64,000 nucleotides of DNA from a virus (IMGVR_UViG_3300032293_000813:23000-86999); one strand, 5' to 3'; positions 9,949 through 20,180 are shown, counted from the first letter of the stretch. A program made the numbers and translations. The notes: generated from the letters alone by a model not told the origin.

Positions 9949-10850
9949 TTTATATATTTTACCAATTCTTCGTTTACAAATTTTTTGTTTAAGATTGATG
10001 ATGGGTGTCCGTACCAATCAAAGTTTCCATCTAAGTTTTCACTAAATAGAACCTTCTTCAATCCATCATAGTTATCCACATTCTTTTGATTTCGAACTGC
10101 ATATTCATATAATCCTCCTTTCCTCAGACCTTCCTCTTCATAAAACCAAAATTTATGGAATGGGAGCTTATTCAAATATACGGAAAAATATTGAGAATTC
10201 CTAATAAAGTAATCCATATTTTCATTCTTATATATCTCACCATTATAAACATCAGTTGTTCTAAACTCTGGCTCATAGAATATATCCTTAAGTGTAAAGT
10301 ATGTATAATCTATTCTTTCCTTTTCTAAATAATTTGAAAGGTCTATTATAGTTTCCACTAAAGAATAGGAATGATTTTGGCTTAACATTTGATGATGAGT
10401 TTTCAATATCCCATCTAACCCAATATACTTTGAGTTATTGGTTTCATAATATCCACCTGTTAAATACCAAAACTCATCTTTGTAATTTTTAGGTGTAGGT
10501 AGATAGTTCACTGTATGCGAACCTATTTCCAATTCACCTTTGTAATCCTTTATTAAGAATGAATCTCTATAAGGTTGAGTCCATTGTGCAAATACTTTAT
10601 CAACTATACCACCATTCTCTCTGATATATTCTATCCAATATGTAATACTCCTTTTAATAGTGTTATTGTCGTTCGTAGGGTTGCCCAAATTTAAGACGAT
10701 GTATTCATCTCCTAACATATTTTGCAACCATTCTGGCCACTGCAAACCCTCTACATTGTAAAGGTCTTTTGTCATATGGTTCAATGGTCGTAGGTTAGTA
10801 AATGAACACCCGCCACAAAGAATATATTTCTTATTTTTTGAGATATTCAC
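9945..10850 (-). CDS. SGNH/GDSL-like hydrolase or acyltransferase
   Basis: CGGCSFT block I, WPEWL...NLG...N and C-terminal GHPS. Confidence 0.55.
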   Translation of the reverse strand: MNISKNKKYILCGGCSFTNLRPLNHMTKDLYNVEGLQWPEWLQNMLGDEYIVLNLGNPTNDNNTIKRSITYWIEYIRENGGIVDKVFAQWTQPYRDSFLIKDYKGELEIGSHTVNYLPTPKNYKDEFWYLTGGYYETNNSKYIGLDGILKTHHQMLSQNHSYSLVETIIDLSNYLEKERIDYTYFTLKDIFYEPEFRTTDVYNGEIYKNENMDYFIRNSQYFSVYLNKLPFHKFWFYEEEGLRKGGLYEYAVRNQKNVDNYDGLKKVLFSENLDGNFDWYGHPSSILNKKFVNEELVKYIK

Positions 10851-11790
10851 TCTTATACCAATTTATACTTTTTTCTAATCCTTCCTTAATTGAAGTTTTA
10901 GCAATCCATCCTAATTTATCAAAAATCTTAAATGAATCAATTAATCTTTTTGGAATCATAGGTGCTTTGTTATTCACATAATCAATAGGAGATTCTAATC
11001 CTTCTATTTCTTTAAGGTATTCTATTACTTCGTTTACCGAATATCCTGCATTAGAACCTACATTATAGATTTCATGATGTTCTTCTTTCTCCATTATGAT
11101 TTGAAGAGCCTCACAAAAATCTTCTACATAAAGAAGGTCTCTAATTTCAGTTCCATCCCCCCAAACAGGAATTGGGTCTAATCGAGTCGCCACTTTGATA
11201 ATTGAAGCAGGTGTAACATGACACTTATCTAAATCATACTTATCATGCGGCCCATATAGATTTGCAGGTCTAACGATTACAGTTTGCATTGGATTAATTA
11301 AAATCTCTGAATACATCTTGCATAATACTTCCGCATATCTTTTCATCCAACCAACTGGAAAATATGTTTTGTAAATTGATTCGTAGATGTTATCAGTTTC
11401 ACACACTGCTCTTTCACCACTCTCAGGATAGATTGTAGATGAAGATAAGAATATAAACTTCTTAACACCTTCTTTATATGCTTTCTCCATTGTTAAAGCA
11501 TTGATGATTACATTTGGAGTAACGTGAAGTAATGGTGCATAAATTGTATCTACTGCATTTGAAGTAGATGCTGCACAATGGTACACTACATCAACTCCCT
11601 TCATAATTTCCTCTACAAACTTATCATCTCTTAAATCACCCTGAACTGATTCTCCGAATCCTTCTAACTTTCTATTGAATCCGTGATTACGAAGGTTGGT
11701 ATATCCTTCTTTGTATAATCTCTCCGCTAAGTTTCTACCAACGAAACCTGTAGCACCTAAAATTAGGATTTTGCTATTTGTGTTTATCAT
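10831..11790 (-). CDS. NAD-dependent epimerase/reductase (GDP-fucose-synthase-like extended SDR)
   Basis: GATGFVG Rossmann motif, RPANLYGPHDKYD...HV and VWGDGTEIRDLLYVED. Confidence 0.85.
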   Translation of the reverse strand: MINTNSKILILGATGFVGRNLAERLYKEGYTNLRNHGFNRKLEGFGESVQGDLRDDKFVEEIMKGVDVVYHCAASTSNAVDTIYAPLLHVTPNVIINALTMEKAYKEGVKKFIFLSSSTIYPESGERAVCETDNIYESIYKTYFPVGWMKRYAEVLCKMYSEILINPMQTVIVRPANLYGPHDKYDLDKCHVTPASIIKVATRLDPIPVWGDGTEIRDLLYVEDFCEALQIIMEKEEHHEIYNVGSNAGYSVNEVIEYLKEIEGLESPIDYVNNKAPMIPKRLIDSFKIFDKLGWIAKTSIKEGLEKSINWYKSEYLKK

Positions 11791-12703
11791 AATATTCGTA
11801 TGTCTTTTTTAATGCTGATTCAAACCCCAATGTAGGTAATAATCCAATTTGTTCTTGTTTAGTTGTATCCATCTGTCTTCTCAAATCTCCGTTTGGTTTA
11901 GATGTATTCCAATTTATTTTTAAATCCTTTCCACTAATCTTAATAAGTGTTTCTATCATTGATTTAATTGTAATCTCTTCTCCTGCTCCAAAGTTAATTG
12001 TAGTATGAAGTTTACTTGTATATAATCTAAGAATCACATCTGCTACATCTCCCGCATATACAAAATCTCTAATAGGTGAACCATCTCCCCATGCTTCAAT
12101 CTCATCCGTTGCTTCTACAATCTTTTTAATAGTAGATGCAATTACAGTTCCGTTTCCTGTAAAATCATCATATTCCCCAAAGATATTAGCTGGTCGAATG
12201 ATAGCCCAATTGTGGTAGTTATATTGAACTGAATAGGCTTCCAATAAAATCTCACCCATTCTCTTACTCCACGATGGAAACCAATCTGCTTCTCCAGGTA
12301 GAGTTTTCCACACATCATCTTCTACAAACTTTTCAGCAGGTGCATATACTCCTACTGAACTTACAAATACTAACCAAATGTTTTGCAATGCACATTGATT
12401 GATTATCTCTGTATTAATTTTAAAAGATGGATAAAGGAAATCTACTGGCTTTTGTTTTGCTCTGATTGGCGAACCTTTTACCCCAAAGCAATTGAATACT
12501 GCATCGAACTTATGGTTCATAAATAGGTATTCTATTGCAAATGGTTTTGTTAAATCATCTTGAATGAATTCCCAGCCATTTGATGGAAGTTGTTTTCCTT
12601 TTTTCAAATCAACTCCTACAACCTGATACCCTTCGTTCAAACACTTTTTTAATAGGTGAGTTCCCACTAACCCATTTACTCCTGTAATTAAAACCTTTTT
12701 CAT
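11774..12703 (-). CDS. NAD-dependent epimerase/reductase (GDP-fucose-synthase-like extended SDR)
   Basis: GVNGLVG, RPANIFGEYDDF, AWGDGSPIRDFVYAGD and KPNGDLRRQMD. Confidence 0.85.
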   Translation of the reverse strand: MKKVLITGVNGLVGTHLLKKCLNEGYQVVGVDLKKGKQLPSNGWEFIQDDLTKPFAIEYLFMNHKFDAVFNCFGVKGSPIRAKQKPVDFLYPSFKINTEIINQCALQNIWLVFVSSVGVYAPAEKFVEDDVWKTLPGEADWFPSWSKRMGEILLEAYSVQYNYHNWAIIRPANIFGEYDDFTGNGTVIASTIKKIVEATDEIEAWGDGSPIRDFVYAGDVADVILRLYTSKLHTTINFGAGEEITIKSMIETLIKISGKDLKINWNTSKPNGDLRRQMDTTKQEQIGLLPTLGFESALKKTYEYYDKHK

Positions 12704-13920
12704 ATTATATTTTTATAACTTTCAGTTGAACTAAATTGTTTTTTTAAATCCCCTATTGTTTCCTTAATCATATCGGAGAACTTATATTCAAAAAACTTAC
12801 TCTTATTATGTTCTATTTTATCTATGTTCTTTTTATACCATTCTAAGATACCATTTCCTCCTATATTATATATTCGTTTTACTTCTTTTAATGCTGAATT
12901 TAACCTAATTTCGCTATCATCTATTGAATCAAATGAATAATCTATCAAATCCTCATATAATTCAAATCCTAAATCTTTTATATGTGTATGAGTGTTAACA
13001 TCACCTATTACCAAATATGGGTGGCAGTTTGCGATACCCTTAAAACTCTTCTCTGTTAGGTTTAAACTATTAGTATCACAGGTTGTCTCTGTTATTATGT
13101 TAAATACTGTATCCGCATAATGAGATTTGGTAGTGTATCTAAGACTAGAAAAAACATCATTTTGATAATTAGGATAATCCCAATCCAATATATTAAATCC
13201 TTTTTCTTCAAATTGGTTAAACCATGCTATTAAATCATATAGTTCATCTTTATCCGAACGTAATCTATTTCTATCAAAATTACCATTCTTTATTAGTATC
13301 GATACATAACTATCATCTATTATCCCCGTCTTCATCAACCATAATAATAATTGAACTCTAAATGGTTTAGTTGTATTCTTATTATAACTTAAGAAAAACT
13401 TCTTCTTTTCAGAATCTATATATTCATCGGTTGAAAGTAATCCAATGATGGTATTATTATGTTCAATTGGGGTATGTAATATATCTTTATAATGGTCAGC
13501 CAAAAACCCCAATAGATATGGTTTGTATATTACATCTATCATTTTTTTATACACACTTACATTTGCGTTATTAGTTATAATACACACTTGATGATTAGCT
13601 AATCCAACTCTATTTTTTAATTGAATTAGTTTTTCTATAAATTGATTAGGTGTTCCTCCTTCGTGAAAATTAGTAAATGTTAATTTTACATTAGGTTTAT
13701 CTTTCACCGATTCAAATACAGATTTAATATATTCTATATTTTCATCAAATATATGTGGTAAGAATCCACCCCTTATCGAGAAATTCCATATTATAGGCTC
13801 GTCTGTTAGTTTAATAGTCTTCATTTGAAACCCATACTCCCAGTCTAAATTTGATATCTCACAAAACCCATTTCCATTTGGAATATTACGGAAATCTTCA
13901 TTTTCATAATAAAACTTCAT
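12700..13920 (-). CDS. Putative glycosyltransferase (GT10/GT47-like), paralog 2
   Basis: FLSYN...FRV...IITET...LTEKSFKGIANCHPYL...GFELY..IDYSFD. Confidence 0.5.
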   Translation of the reverse strand: MKFYYENEDFRNIPNGNGFCEISNLDWEYGFQMKTIKLTDEPIIWNFSIRGGFLPHIFDENIEYIKSVFESVKDKPNVKLTFTNFHEGGTPNQFIEKLIQLKNRVGLANHQVCIITNNANVSVYKKMIDVIYKPYLLGFLADHYKDILHTPIEHNNTIIGLLSTDEYIDSEKKKFFLSYNKNTTKPFRVQLLLWLMKTGIIDDSYVSILIKNGNFDRNRLRSDKDELYDLIAWFNQFEEKGFNILDWDYPNYQNDVFSSLRYTTKSHYADTVFNIITETTCDTNSLNLTEKSFKGIANCHPYLVIGDVNTHTHIKDLGFELYEDLIDYSFDSIDDSEIRLNSALKEVKRIYNIGGNGILEWYKKNIDKIEHNKSKFFEYKFSDMIKETIGDLKKQFSSTESYKNII

Positions 13921-15172
13921 CTGCTAATTTTTTAAAATATTCTGTACAACTTTCTCTCTTCCAAAAATTGAAAGCAACACTTTGGTTATACTCTAATATA
14001 TCCTTTGCCTGAGAATATAGTTTATGTAATGTATCTCTGTCGTTTATATCCGTTATCAATTTAACTACTGCATCCATTCTATCTTTAGGAGATATAATAT
14101 CATCATAACTCTCATCCCATAAATCTCCAAATGTTTTGAATCCATAACTCCTTAATCTTTCCAAATGTTTATATGGAGCAAGAAATACTCCTAAATGTAA
14201 ATTAATAAATGGTTTGAAACTCTTTTCAGTTAAATGCTCTTCATTATTCTCAAACGATGTTTCGGTTACAATACTACAATAAGAGTTATCATAACTTTGT
14301 TTATAATGAGTAGTTTTAGTATCACCAAAATATTCAAATATATTTTTAGATTCAGGTTCATATATAGTTTTCTTTTTAGTAACAAAGAAATATCTTAATT
14401 CCTTTTCTAAACTATATAATTCTTTTCTATCAAAGTATTTTGAAAAATGTTGAACATCAAATATGTTTTTTCCTTTATGTTTTGTTTCACCGTAAAATGG
14501 CAAGAATTCATTAGGGGCAAACAACATAGACCAATCTGTGTTGGATATCACTCCTTCTTTTGTTAATTTTACCAACAATGAAACTCTATGTGCTTTTGGA
14601 ACTCTATTAAAACATAAAAAATTAAATTTACGAACTACATCCTCAAATGTTCTTTTTTCAAATTTGTATCCTAATTCGTTTACCGTATTATCTTCTATTG
14701 CTTTATTTAATTGAAGAGAGGTATGCTCTAATAACCAATCTGTAATATGTAGATTCATCCCAATATCACCTATTGATTCATCGTAGTATTTAAATAAGTT
14801 TTTGTTAGCAAAGTGAATATAAAAAGATTCAGTATGTAGATTATTATCTTTTATTAACTGATATAGTTTCTTAAAGAACTCCTTATGGTCTCCGCCACCC
14901 TCATGCTCTCTTAATAATAAAACTTTAATTTTTTTATTATGTAAGAGTGATAAAATATTTTGAGAGAAAAATCCTTTTCTAAAAATACAATTAAAATCTG
15001 AGTTAAGTGATATTGGATAATATACATTTATACCATTCAATCCATCAACCGATAAATTGCGCGTAGATATGTACTCGGAACAATATGGGAATGTACACCC
15101 ATATTGATTTCCGTTAGGAAGTGGATTTCCATTTTCCCACTTATCAAATAAAAGATTTAGAATGCTATCCAT
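13904..15172 (-). CDS. Putative glycosyltransferase (GT10/GT47-like), paralog 3
   Basis: FLCFNRVPKAHR...IVTETSF...LTEKSFKPF...GFKTFGDLWDESYD. Confidence 0.5.
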   Translation of the reverse strand: MDSILNLLFDKWENGNPLPNGNQYGCTFPYCSEYISTRNLSVDGLNGINVYYPISLNSDFNCIFRKGFFSQNILSLLHNKKIKVLLLREHEGGGDHKEFFKKLYQLIKDNNLHTESFYIHFANKNLFKYYDESIGDIGMNLHITDWLLEHTSLQLNKAIEDNTVNELGYKFEKRTFEDVVRKFNFLCFNRVPKAHRVSLLVKLTKEGVISNTDWSMLFAPNEFLPFYGETKHKGKNIFDVQHFSKYFDRKELYSLEKELRYFFVTKKKTIYEPESKNIFEYFGDTKTTHYKQSYDNSYCSIVTETSFENNEEHLTEKSFKPFINLHLGVFLAPYKHLERLRSYGFKTFGDLWDESYDDIISPKDRMDAVVKLITDINDRDTLHKLYSQAKDILEYNQSVAFNFWKRESCTEYFKKLADEVLL

Positions 15173-15786
15173 TTCCCACTTCCGTAATGCGGATATTTTG
15201 ATTTGTAAGTATAATGAATTACATCAGATGGTACTTCTCTTTTAATATTCCAAGTAGCATCTGTAGGTGTATAAGTTGATACTCCATTATCTTCAACTAC
15301 AAAGTATAATGGTAGGTCAAAGTTTCTGGCATACTTGTGAACTTCATAGAATATACCACTCTCAAAACTCATATCACCAACAAATACCCAAACCTTTTCA
15401 TTTCCCCCATCTTTCTTTATAGCAGATGCTACTCCTAATGCAATTGGCAAAGTTCCACCTACAATAGCGGATGCGTAAAATCTTTCTTCATGCTCACACA
15501 TTGTAATAGATTTACCTTCCTTAATTATTTCAGTAGCATAATCAGCTGATAATCCTTTCAATACCCAATGATAATGTGAACGCCAAGTTGAGAATACCCA
15601 ATCGGTTTCTTTAATTCTTTTAAAGATTTCAATTAATGAGGCTTCATTACCATTTGATAAATGTACCGGCCCTTTGATTTTACCAGCTTCCCATATATCA
15701 ACTATTGATTGCTCGAATCTAATCAGCTTTTCTTCTGTCCAATCGATATCTCTTACTATTGGATATTGTTCTAAATTTTTTATCAT
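15157..15786 (-). CDS. ThDP-dependent dehydrogenase E1 alpha-like subunit (short)
   Basis: GPVHLSNGNE, STWRSHYH, SAIVGGTLPIALGVA and a ThDP-binding motif variant VGDM...VVEDN. Confidence 0.85.
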   Translation of the reverse strand: MIKNLEQYPIVRDIDWTEEKLIRFEQSIVDIWEAGKIKGPVHLSNGNEASLIEIFKRIKETDWVFSTWRSHYHWVLKGLSADYATEIIKEGKSITMCEHEERFYASAIVGGTLPIALGVASAIKKDGGNEKVWVFVGDMSFESGIFYEVHKYARNFDLPLYFVVEDNGVSTYTPTDATWNIKREVPSDVIHYTYKSKYPHYGSGKWIAF

Positions 15787-16640
15787 ATTAAAAGGTCACT
15801 TATACAAACTCTATTTTTTTCAGAGCCTCTGTTTAAAGAATTATATTCATCTCCTCCGATACCAAACATTACACAATCGGTTTCTTCTAAATTAAGTTCT
15901 TTACAAACTTCAGAATACTTCCCCCCATATGTATCCCAATTGTAATCTACTGAGAAGTTATTCATCAATTCCAATCCCAATGCTGCTCCAAATCTGTTTA
16001 CCATTTGTTGCTCATTAAAAGCAGTTATACCATCATCTAATGTTCTGTATTCATTAACCATTCTAACTCCAACTCTCATGTGTTCCATCCCATAAAATGG
16101 CTTAGATAAAGAAAAACATATGGATTGAATACATTTATGATTTAAATTAACGTTTATATTTTTTGCCATTGGATAATATGCAAAATCTAATAAACATGGG
16201 ATACTATTTTCATCACAATAATTTAAAAAATCTTCCGTTAATAAAGGATGTTGTTTTCCGTAATCAGAAAATGGTACACTTAGGATAACCGCATCTCCAT
16301 TCTTAATTTCATCATCTTCTATATAAGCCCAATTCCAATCATGTCTAAATGAACATTTATGATAAAAGAATTCTCCTTTAAAGAAGCGGAATCTTTTCTT
16401 TTTTTGAATTAAGTAGAAATGGTCAAATGCTTGAACAGTTCCATGTATATAACTAACATCGTGGTAAACTTCTAACCCACTTAATTTGTTATTTTTACTA
16501 CTCTTAATCCAACTTACGAATTTAGATTTAAATTTATCTAAAACCAAATCATCGTAAATAAGGTCTGTTCTTTTAAAATCAGTAATGAACTTCTTTACTA
16601 ATGGATTTGGTATAGGTTTCGCTCCTCTTAAATTCTTCAT
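15783..16640 (-). CDS. PLP-dependent transferase-like protein
   Basis: LLDFAY and FSLSKPF...RVG resemble the Asp and Schiff-base Lys motifs of fold-type I aminotransferases. Confidence 0.55.
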   Translation of the reverse strand: MKNLRGAKPIPNPLVKKFITDFKRTDLIYDDLVLDKFKSKFVSWIKSSKNNKLSGLEVYHDVSYIHGTVQAFDHFYLIQKKKRFRFFKGEFFYHKCSFRHDWNWAYIEDDEIKNGDAVILSVPFSDYGKQHPLLTEDFLNYCDENSIPCLLDFAYYPMAKNINVNLNHKCIQSICFSLSKPFYGMEHMRVGVRMVNEYRTLDDGITAFNEQQMVNRFGAALGLELMNNFSVDYNWDTYGGKYSEVCKELNLEETDCVMFGIGGDEYNSLNRGSEKNRVCISDLLI

Positions 16641-17109
16641 ATAAACCTGTTATTTGCATTGTATATTTTGGCTCCATCCCCATATTTCCACTAAGGTGAA
16701 GTTCTCCATATCTAATTACTTTAAAATTCATTTTTCCCCATCCCACAAATGGTTCATCTAATATTTCAAAATAGTGACCACTTTTCCACGACTCCAAAAA
16801 GAAATTCAATCTACATACTTCCTCTTTACTACATCCATTCTTTTCTGAAAACTTATAGAATGTATCAAAATGAGAGGGTATTGTTTGACCCGGCATTTGT
16901 TTAATTACACTCAATGAATATTCTGAAAATATTGTTTTAGCAAAAGTATGATACTCCTCCGGTAATTCAAATGCCTGATAATACTGAGTGTTCTTATCCG
17001 TATATCCTGCCACTATGTAAGCAATATTCTGAGCATCATAGTTATCCGAATTACCTAAACTTACGTTATCCGAAAGTGTATCAAATTTTATGTTATGTAT
17101 TGTTAGCAT
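16579..17109 (-). CDS. Fe(II)/2OG oxygenase-like (cupin) protein
   Basis: PGQTIPSHFD (HxD), distal HLSGNMG and YTMQITG. Confidence 0.6.
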   Translation of the reverse strand: MLTIHNIKFDTLSDNVSLGNSDNYDAQNIAYIVAGYTDKNTQYYQAFELPEEYHTFAKTIFSEYSLSVIKQMPGQTIPSHFDTFYKFSEKNGCSKEEVCRLNFFLESWKSGHYFEILDEPFVGWGKMNFKVIRYGELHLSGNMGMEPKYTMQITGLYEEFKRSETYTKSISKEVHY

Positions 17110-18061
17110 ATCCTAATGGGAATCCGTTTCTAAATTCAGATGTCATTCTAGGTATAAGTACTTGATAGGTTTTAATCAACTCTTCAATCCCATCATCTAA
17201 ACTATACTTAGGTTTCCAATCTGTTTTCTCTATCTTTTCATTCGATACTATATAATCTCTCTTATCAGGGTCTTCATAGAAATCCGAATAAGTGATTGCA
17301 AAATCAGGAATATATTGTTGTATCTTCTCTAATAATTCTTGTTTACTCAAATTAGCATCACTCAATCCTACATTATATACATTATGTTTCATAGTTTCAT
17401 AGTTATGCAATCCATGATAGAATACTCTACTAACATCTTGTATATGAATGAAATTTCTTTTAAAATGTCTTTCAAACACAACAATATATTTGTCGGTTAA
17501 TGCTTTATAAACAAATTCGTTTACTAATAAATCCGTTCTCATTCTCAGAGATGAACCAAATACGGTTGCTAATCTAAAACAAACTGCAGATGTTGATTCC
17601 ATTAATAACTTCTCCGCTGCAACTTTACTCTCCCCATAAACTGATATAGGATTCAATGGTGATTCTTCTGTGCAAAACTTACCATCTTCACCAACACCAT
17701 ATCCACTATTTGTATTTGGATATAATATCATCTGTTGGTCGGAAACTACTTTTGCGATATTTTCAATCTGATTGTAGTTTATTTCCCATGCTAACTTAGG
17801 GTCTTTTGCACACGCAGGAAATCCTACGATGGCAGCCAATGGTATTACAACATCATGTGTTCCCACTAGCTTCGTTAAAAGTGCTTCGTTCCTAACATCA
17901 CCATAGATGAAGTTATATCGTTTGTTAGCGGTAAACGCCAAAGGTGATATTTGATTGAATGATAGGTTATCTAATACTGTAACTTCGTGCCCTAAACTTA
18001 AAAAGTTATCGGTAATTACAGAACCTAAGTAACCTGCTCCTCCTGTTATTAAAATTTTCAT
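17093..18061 (-). CDS. NAD-dependent epimerase/dehydratase (extended SDR)
   Basis: ITGGAGYLGS, LAAIVG, canonical YGESK and FRLATVFG. Confidence 0.9.
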   Translation of the reverse strand: MKILITGGAGYLGSVITDNFLSLGHEVTVLDNLSFNQISPLAFTANKRYNFIYGDVRNEALLTKLVGTHDVVIPLAAIVGFPACAKDPKLAWEINYNQIENIAKVVSDQQMILYPNTNSGYGVGEDGKFCTEESPLNPISVYGESKVAAEKLLMESTSAVCFRLATVFGSSLRMRTDLLVNEFVYKALTDKYIVVFERHFKRNFIHIQDVSRVFYHGLHNYETMKHNVYNVGLSDANLSKQELLEKIQQYIPDFAITYSDFYEDPDKRDYIVSNEKIEKTDWKPKYSLDDGIEELIKTYQVLIPRMTSEFRNGFPLGYANNT

Positions 18062-18795
18062 TCTCCTTTTATTTTATCTAAAATTCTATTTTGTATATCA
18101 TTTACATTATAATCTTGATATAAGAATCCATGATTCCCATTACCACTATAATCCCAAACTTTAAATCTGTTAATCTTATCTTTTAGGAATCTATATCTTG
18201 CTAAAGTAAATCTTCTAGTTATTTCACTATTAAACAAATCCATTTCTTCCTTTGATAATGCCTTTTCCATAATAACTACATCATCTATATTACCTTTATA
18301 CCACCAACTATATTGTTTCAAATGGTCTTCGATATAATGGGGTGCTCCTGCTCCTATATAGAAAGGTGTGTTATCATAATTTATAACTTCCGTTTTAAAC
18401 TTATGTTCTCTATCGATTCCATTAACTCTAATTCTAAAAACTTTATTAGTATAATCAACACTATAGAATACTTCATTCCACTCTCTATCGAAATCATATG
18501 GGTCTGAAAAAGAAATATTCTCTTTATCCAATACACCTGTCAGCCATAATTGATTTGATATTACAAATAAATCATCTTGCTTATTTATAAAACATCCACT
18601 ATGAAGACCTGATTTTGAGAATACTGCATATACCTCATTACCCTTTTCTTCTATCTTAGGAGTTCTAAACTTAGCATAGGCCGTAAAATCATGCTGAAAG
18701 AATGTTTTAAAGTTTGGTTTCTTAGATGTATTGAAAGATGAATTCTCCCATACTTTATAACTCAAATCTTTATCAAAATTTACATATTGTGTCAT
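18058..18795 (-). CDS. Stand-alone LamG/concanavalin A-like domain protein
   Basis: FYIGAG...YKGNIDDVVIMEKAL...WDYSGNGNHG. Confidence 0.7.
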   Translation of the reverse strand: MTQYVNFDKDLSYKVWENSSFNTSKKPNFKTFFQHDFTAYAKFRTPKIEEKGNEVYAVFSKSGLHSGCFINKQDDLFVISNQLWLTGVLDKENISFSDPYDFDREWNEVFYSVDYTNKVFRIRVNGIDREHKFKTEVINYDNTPFYIGAGAPHYIEDHLKQYSWWYKGNIDDVVIMEKALSKEEMDLFNSEITRRFTLARYRFLKDKINRFKVWDYSGNGNHGFLYQDYNVNDIQNRILDKIKGE

Positions 18796-20180
18796 TATCT
18801 AAGGTTTTTACATAAGTTCCAAAATTCTTCTAACTCTGGAAATGTTTTTAAGAAATCAGTTCCTCTTCTTCTATCATGCTCAGTAAAGAACCTAAAAAAA
18901 TCTTTTCTATCTCTTTTTAATGAGTGTTCTTCTTTCGGTGCAGTTACTACATCATATATTCTTCTTAATTTATGAATCTCCACATCGGTATATCCTATTG
19001 GATTTTGCGTTCCTAATGTTTCATAGAAATCCATTAATTGCGCTTGCTCATAAACTTCTTTGTGCCAATCATCTGTTATAATGTTTGCCGCCTGATGGTT
19101 TGGATGTCTTAAATAAGAACTATCCAATCCAATTGGGTAGAACCAATATCTATCTGTGTTGGTAAATTGTTGTTTCAATTTATACACATCTTCTATTAAT
19201 CCTTTATATGAAGGAATACTCAATACATTATAAGTTCCCATAATAGAAATAGTAAGTTTAGGAATCTCTTCCAATAACTCTGCGCATCTATCATACCATT
19301 GGTTATAATCAAACCCATTTCTAATATATTCCGATTGCTTACCTTTACCATCGCAAGATGTAAATAAGACAAACTCTCTAACCAATCCTTCTCCACTAAT
19401 TCTTTTAATCTTCTCCTTTGCCATTTGATATAACTTATCAGGTGCACCTAAGTTAGAATTGATTGCCAACTTTAACTTTGGATTAGGATTATCGATTACA
19501 TAATCAAATACCTTAAAGGTATCTTTGTGTAAAAGGGGTTCACCACCGGTAATTCTAAAGTTTAGAAGGTCTTTATATAAATCAGGCCACCACTTCCAAA
19601 ATGCTTCCACATAAGGATTATGTTCAGTTTGCTTAAATGGTTGCTTACCATCTCTGATTAATTGGTCTAAACTATTATGTCGGGTCGAAGTTGGATACGC
19701 ACCAAATTGTTCAATCTCATCCCACCATTGTGTAGAGAATTGTGGATAACAATATGAACATTTAAAGTTACATACATTTGAGAACGATACTTCAACGTAT
19801 GAAGGGTTTACATCCTCTAAGTAAGAACTATTTTTAATCTCTTCATAATAAGGTAATGCCCACTCTTCCGCAGATTTAAAAGTTCTATCTGAAAACTCAT
19901 TTGAGCTATCTTCAACTTTCCAACAATAATCGCATTCATTTGGTTTGATACCTTGCAACATTTCTCTTCTCAATTCCTTTTTGTATTTGGTATTGTGAAG
20001 TGCGGATGGGTTACCTTCCAATTCTTCAGGTACAATTTTATGTAATCCAGGATGGTGGCAAGAGTGATTCTGCCCTATATGTAAATGTAGGGTAACTTGT
20101 TTCCACTTAGCTAAACAAAATCCTTGTCCAACTGAATTTAGTTTTTTCCTTATTTCGGAATATCTCTCTATATTATCCAT
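18795..20180 (-). CDS. Radical SAM protein with N-terminal Cys/His cluster, paralog 1
   Basis: CNFKCSYC (CxxxCxxC), ITGGEPLL, plus N-terminal CLAKW..HSCHH..CDYCW. Confidence 0.9.
   Translation of the reverse strand: MDNIERYSEIRKKLNSVGQGFCLAKWKQVTLHLHIGQNHSCHHPGLHKIVPEELEGNPSALHNTKYKKELRREMLQGIKPNECDYCWKVEDSSNEFSDRTFKSAEEWALPYYEEIKNSSYLEDVNPSYVEVSFSNVCNFKCSYCYPQFSTQWWDEIEQFGAYPTSTRHNSLDQLIRDGKQPFKQTEHNPYVEAFWKWWPDLYKDLLNFRITGGEPLLHKDTFKVFDYVIDNPNPKLKLAINSNLGAPDKLYQMAKEKIKRISGEGLVREFVLFTSCDGKGKQSEYIRNGFDYNQWYDRCAELLEEIPKLTISIMGTYNVLSIPSYKGLIEDVYKLKQQFTNTDRYWFYPIGLDSSYLRHPNHQAANIITDDWHKEVYEQAQLMDFYETLGTQNPIGYTDVEIHKLRRIYDVVTAPKEEHSLKRDRKDFFRFFTEHDRRRGTDFLKTFPELEEFWNLCKNLR

Noticed and set aside
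9406-15786. Pyruvate dehydrogenase auxiliary metabolic gene
   Set aside because: Both subunits are truncated, no E2 or E3 is in the window, and the context is sugar biosynthesis.
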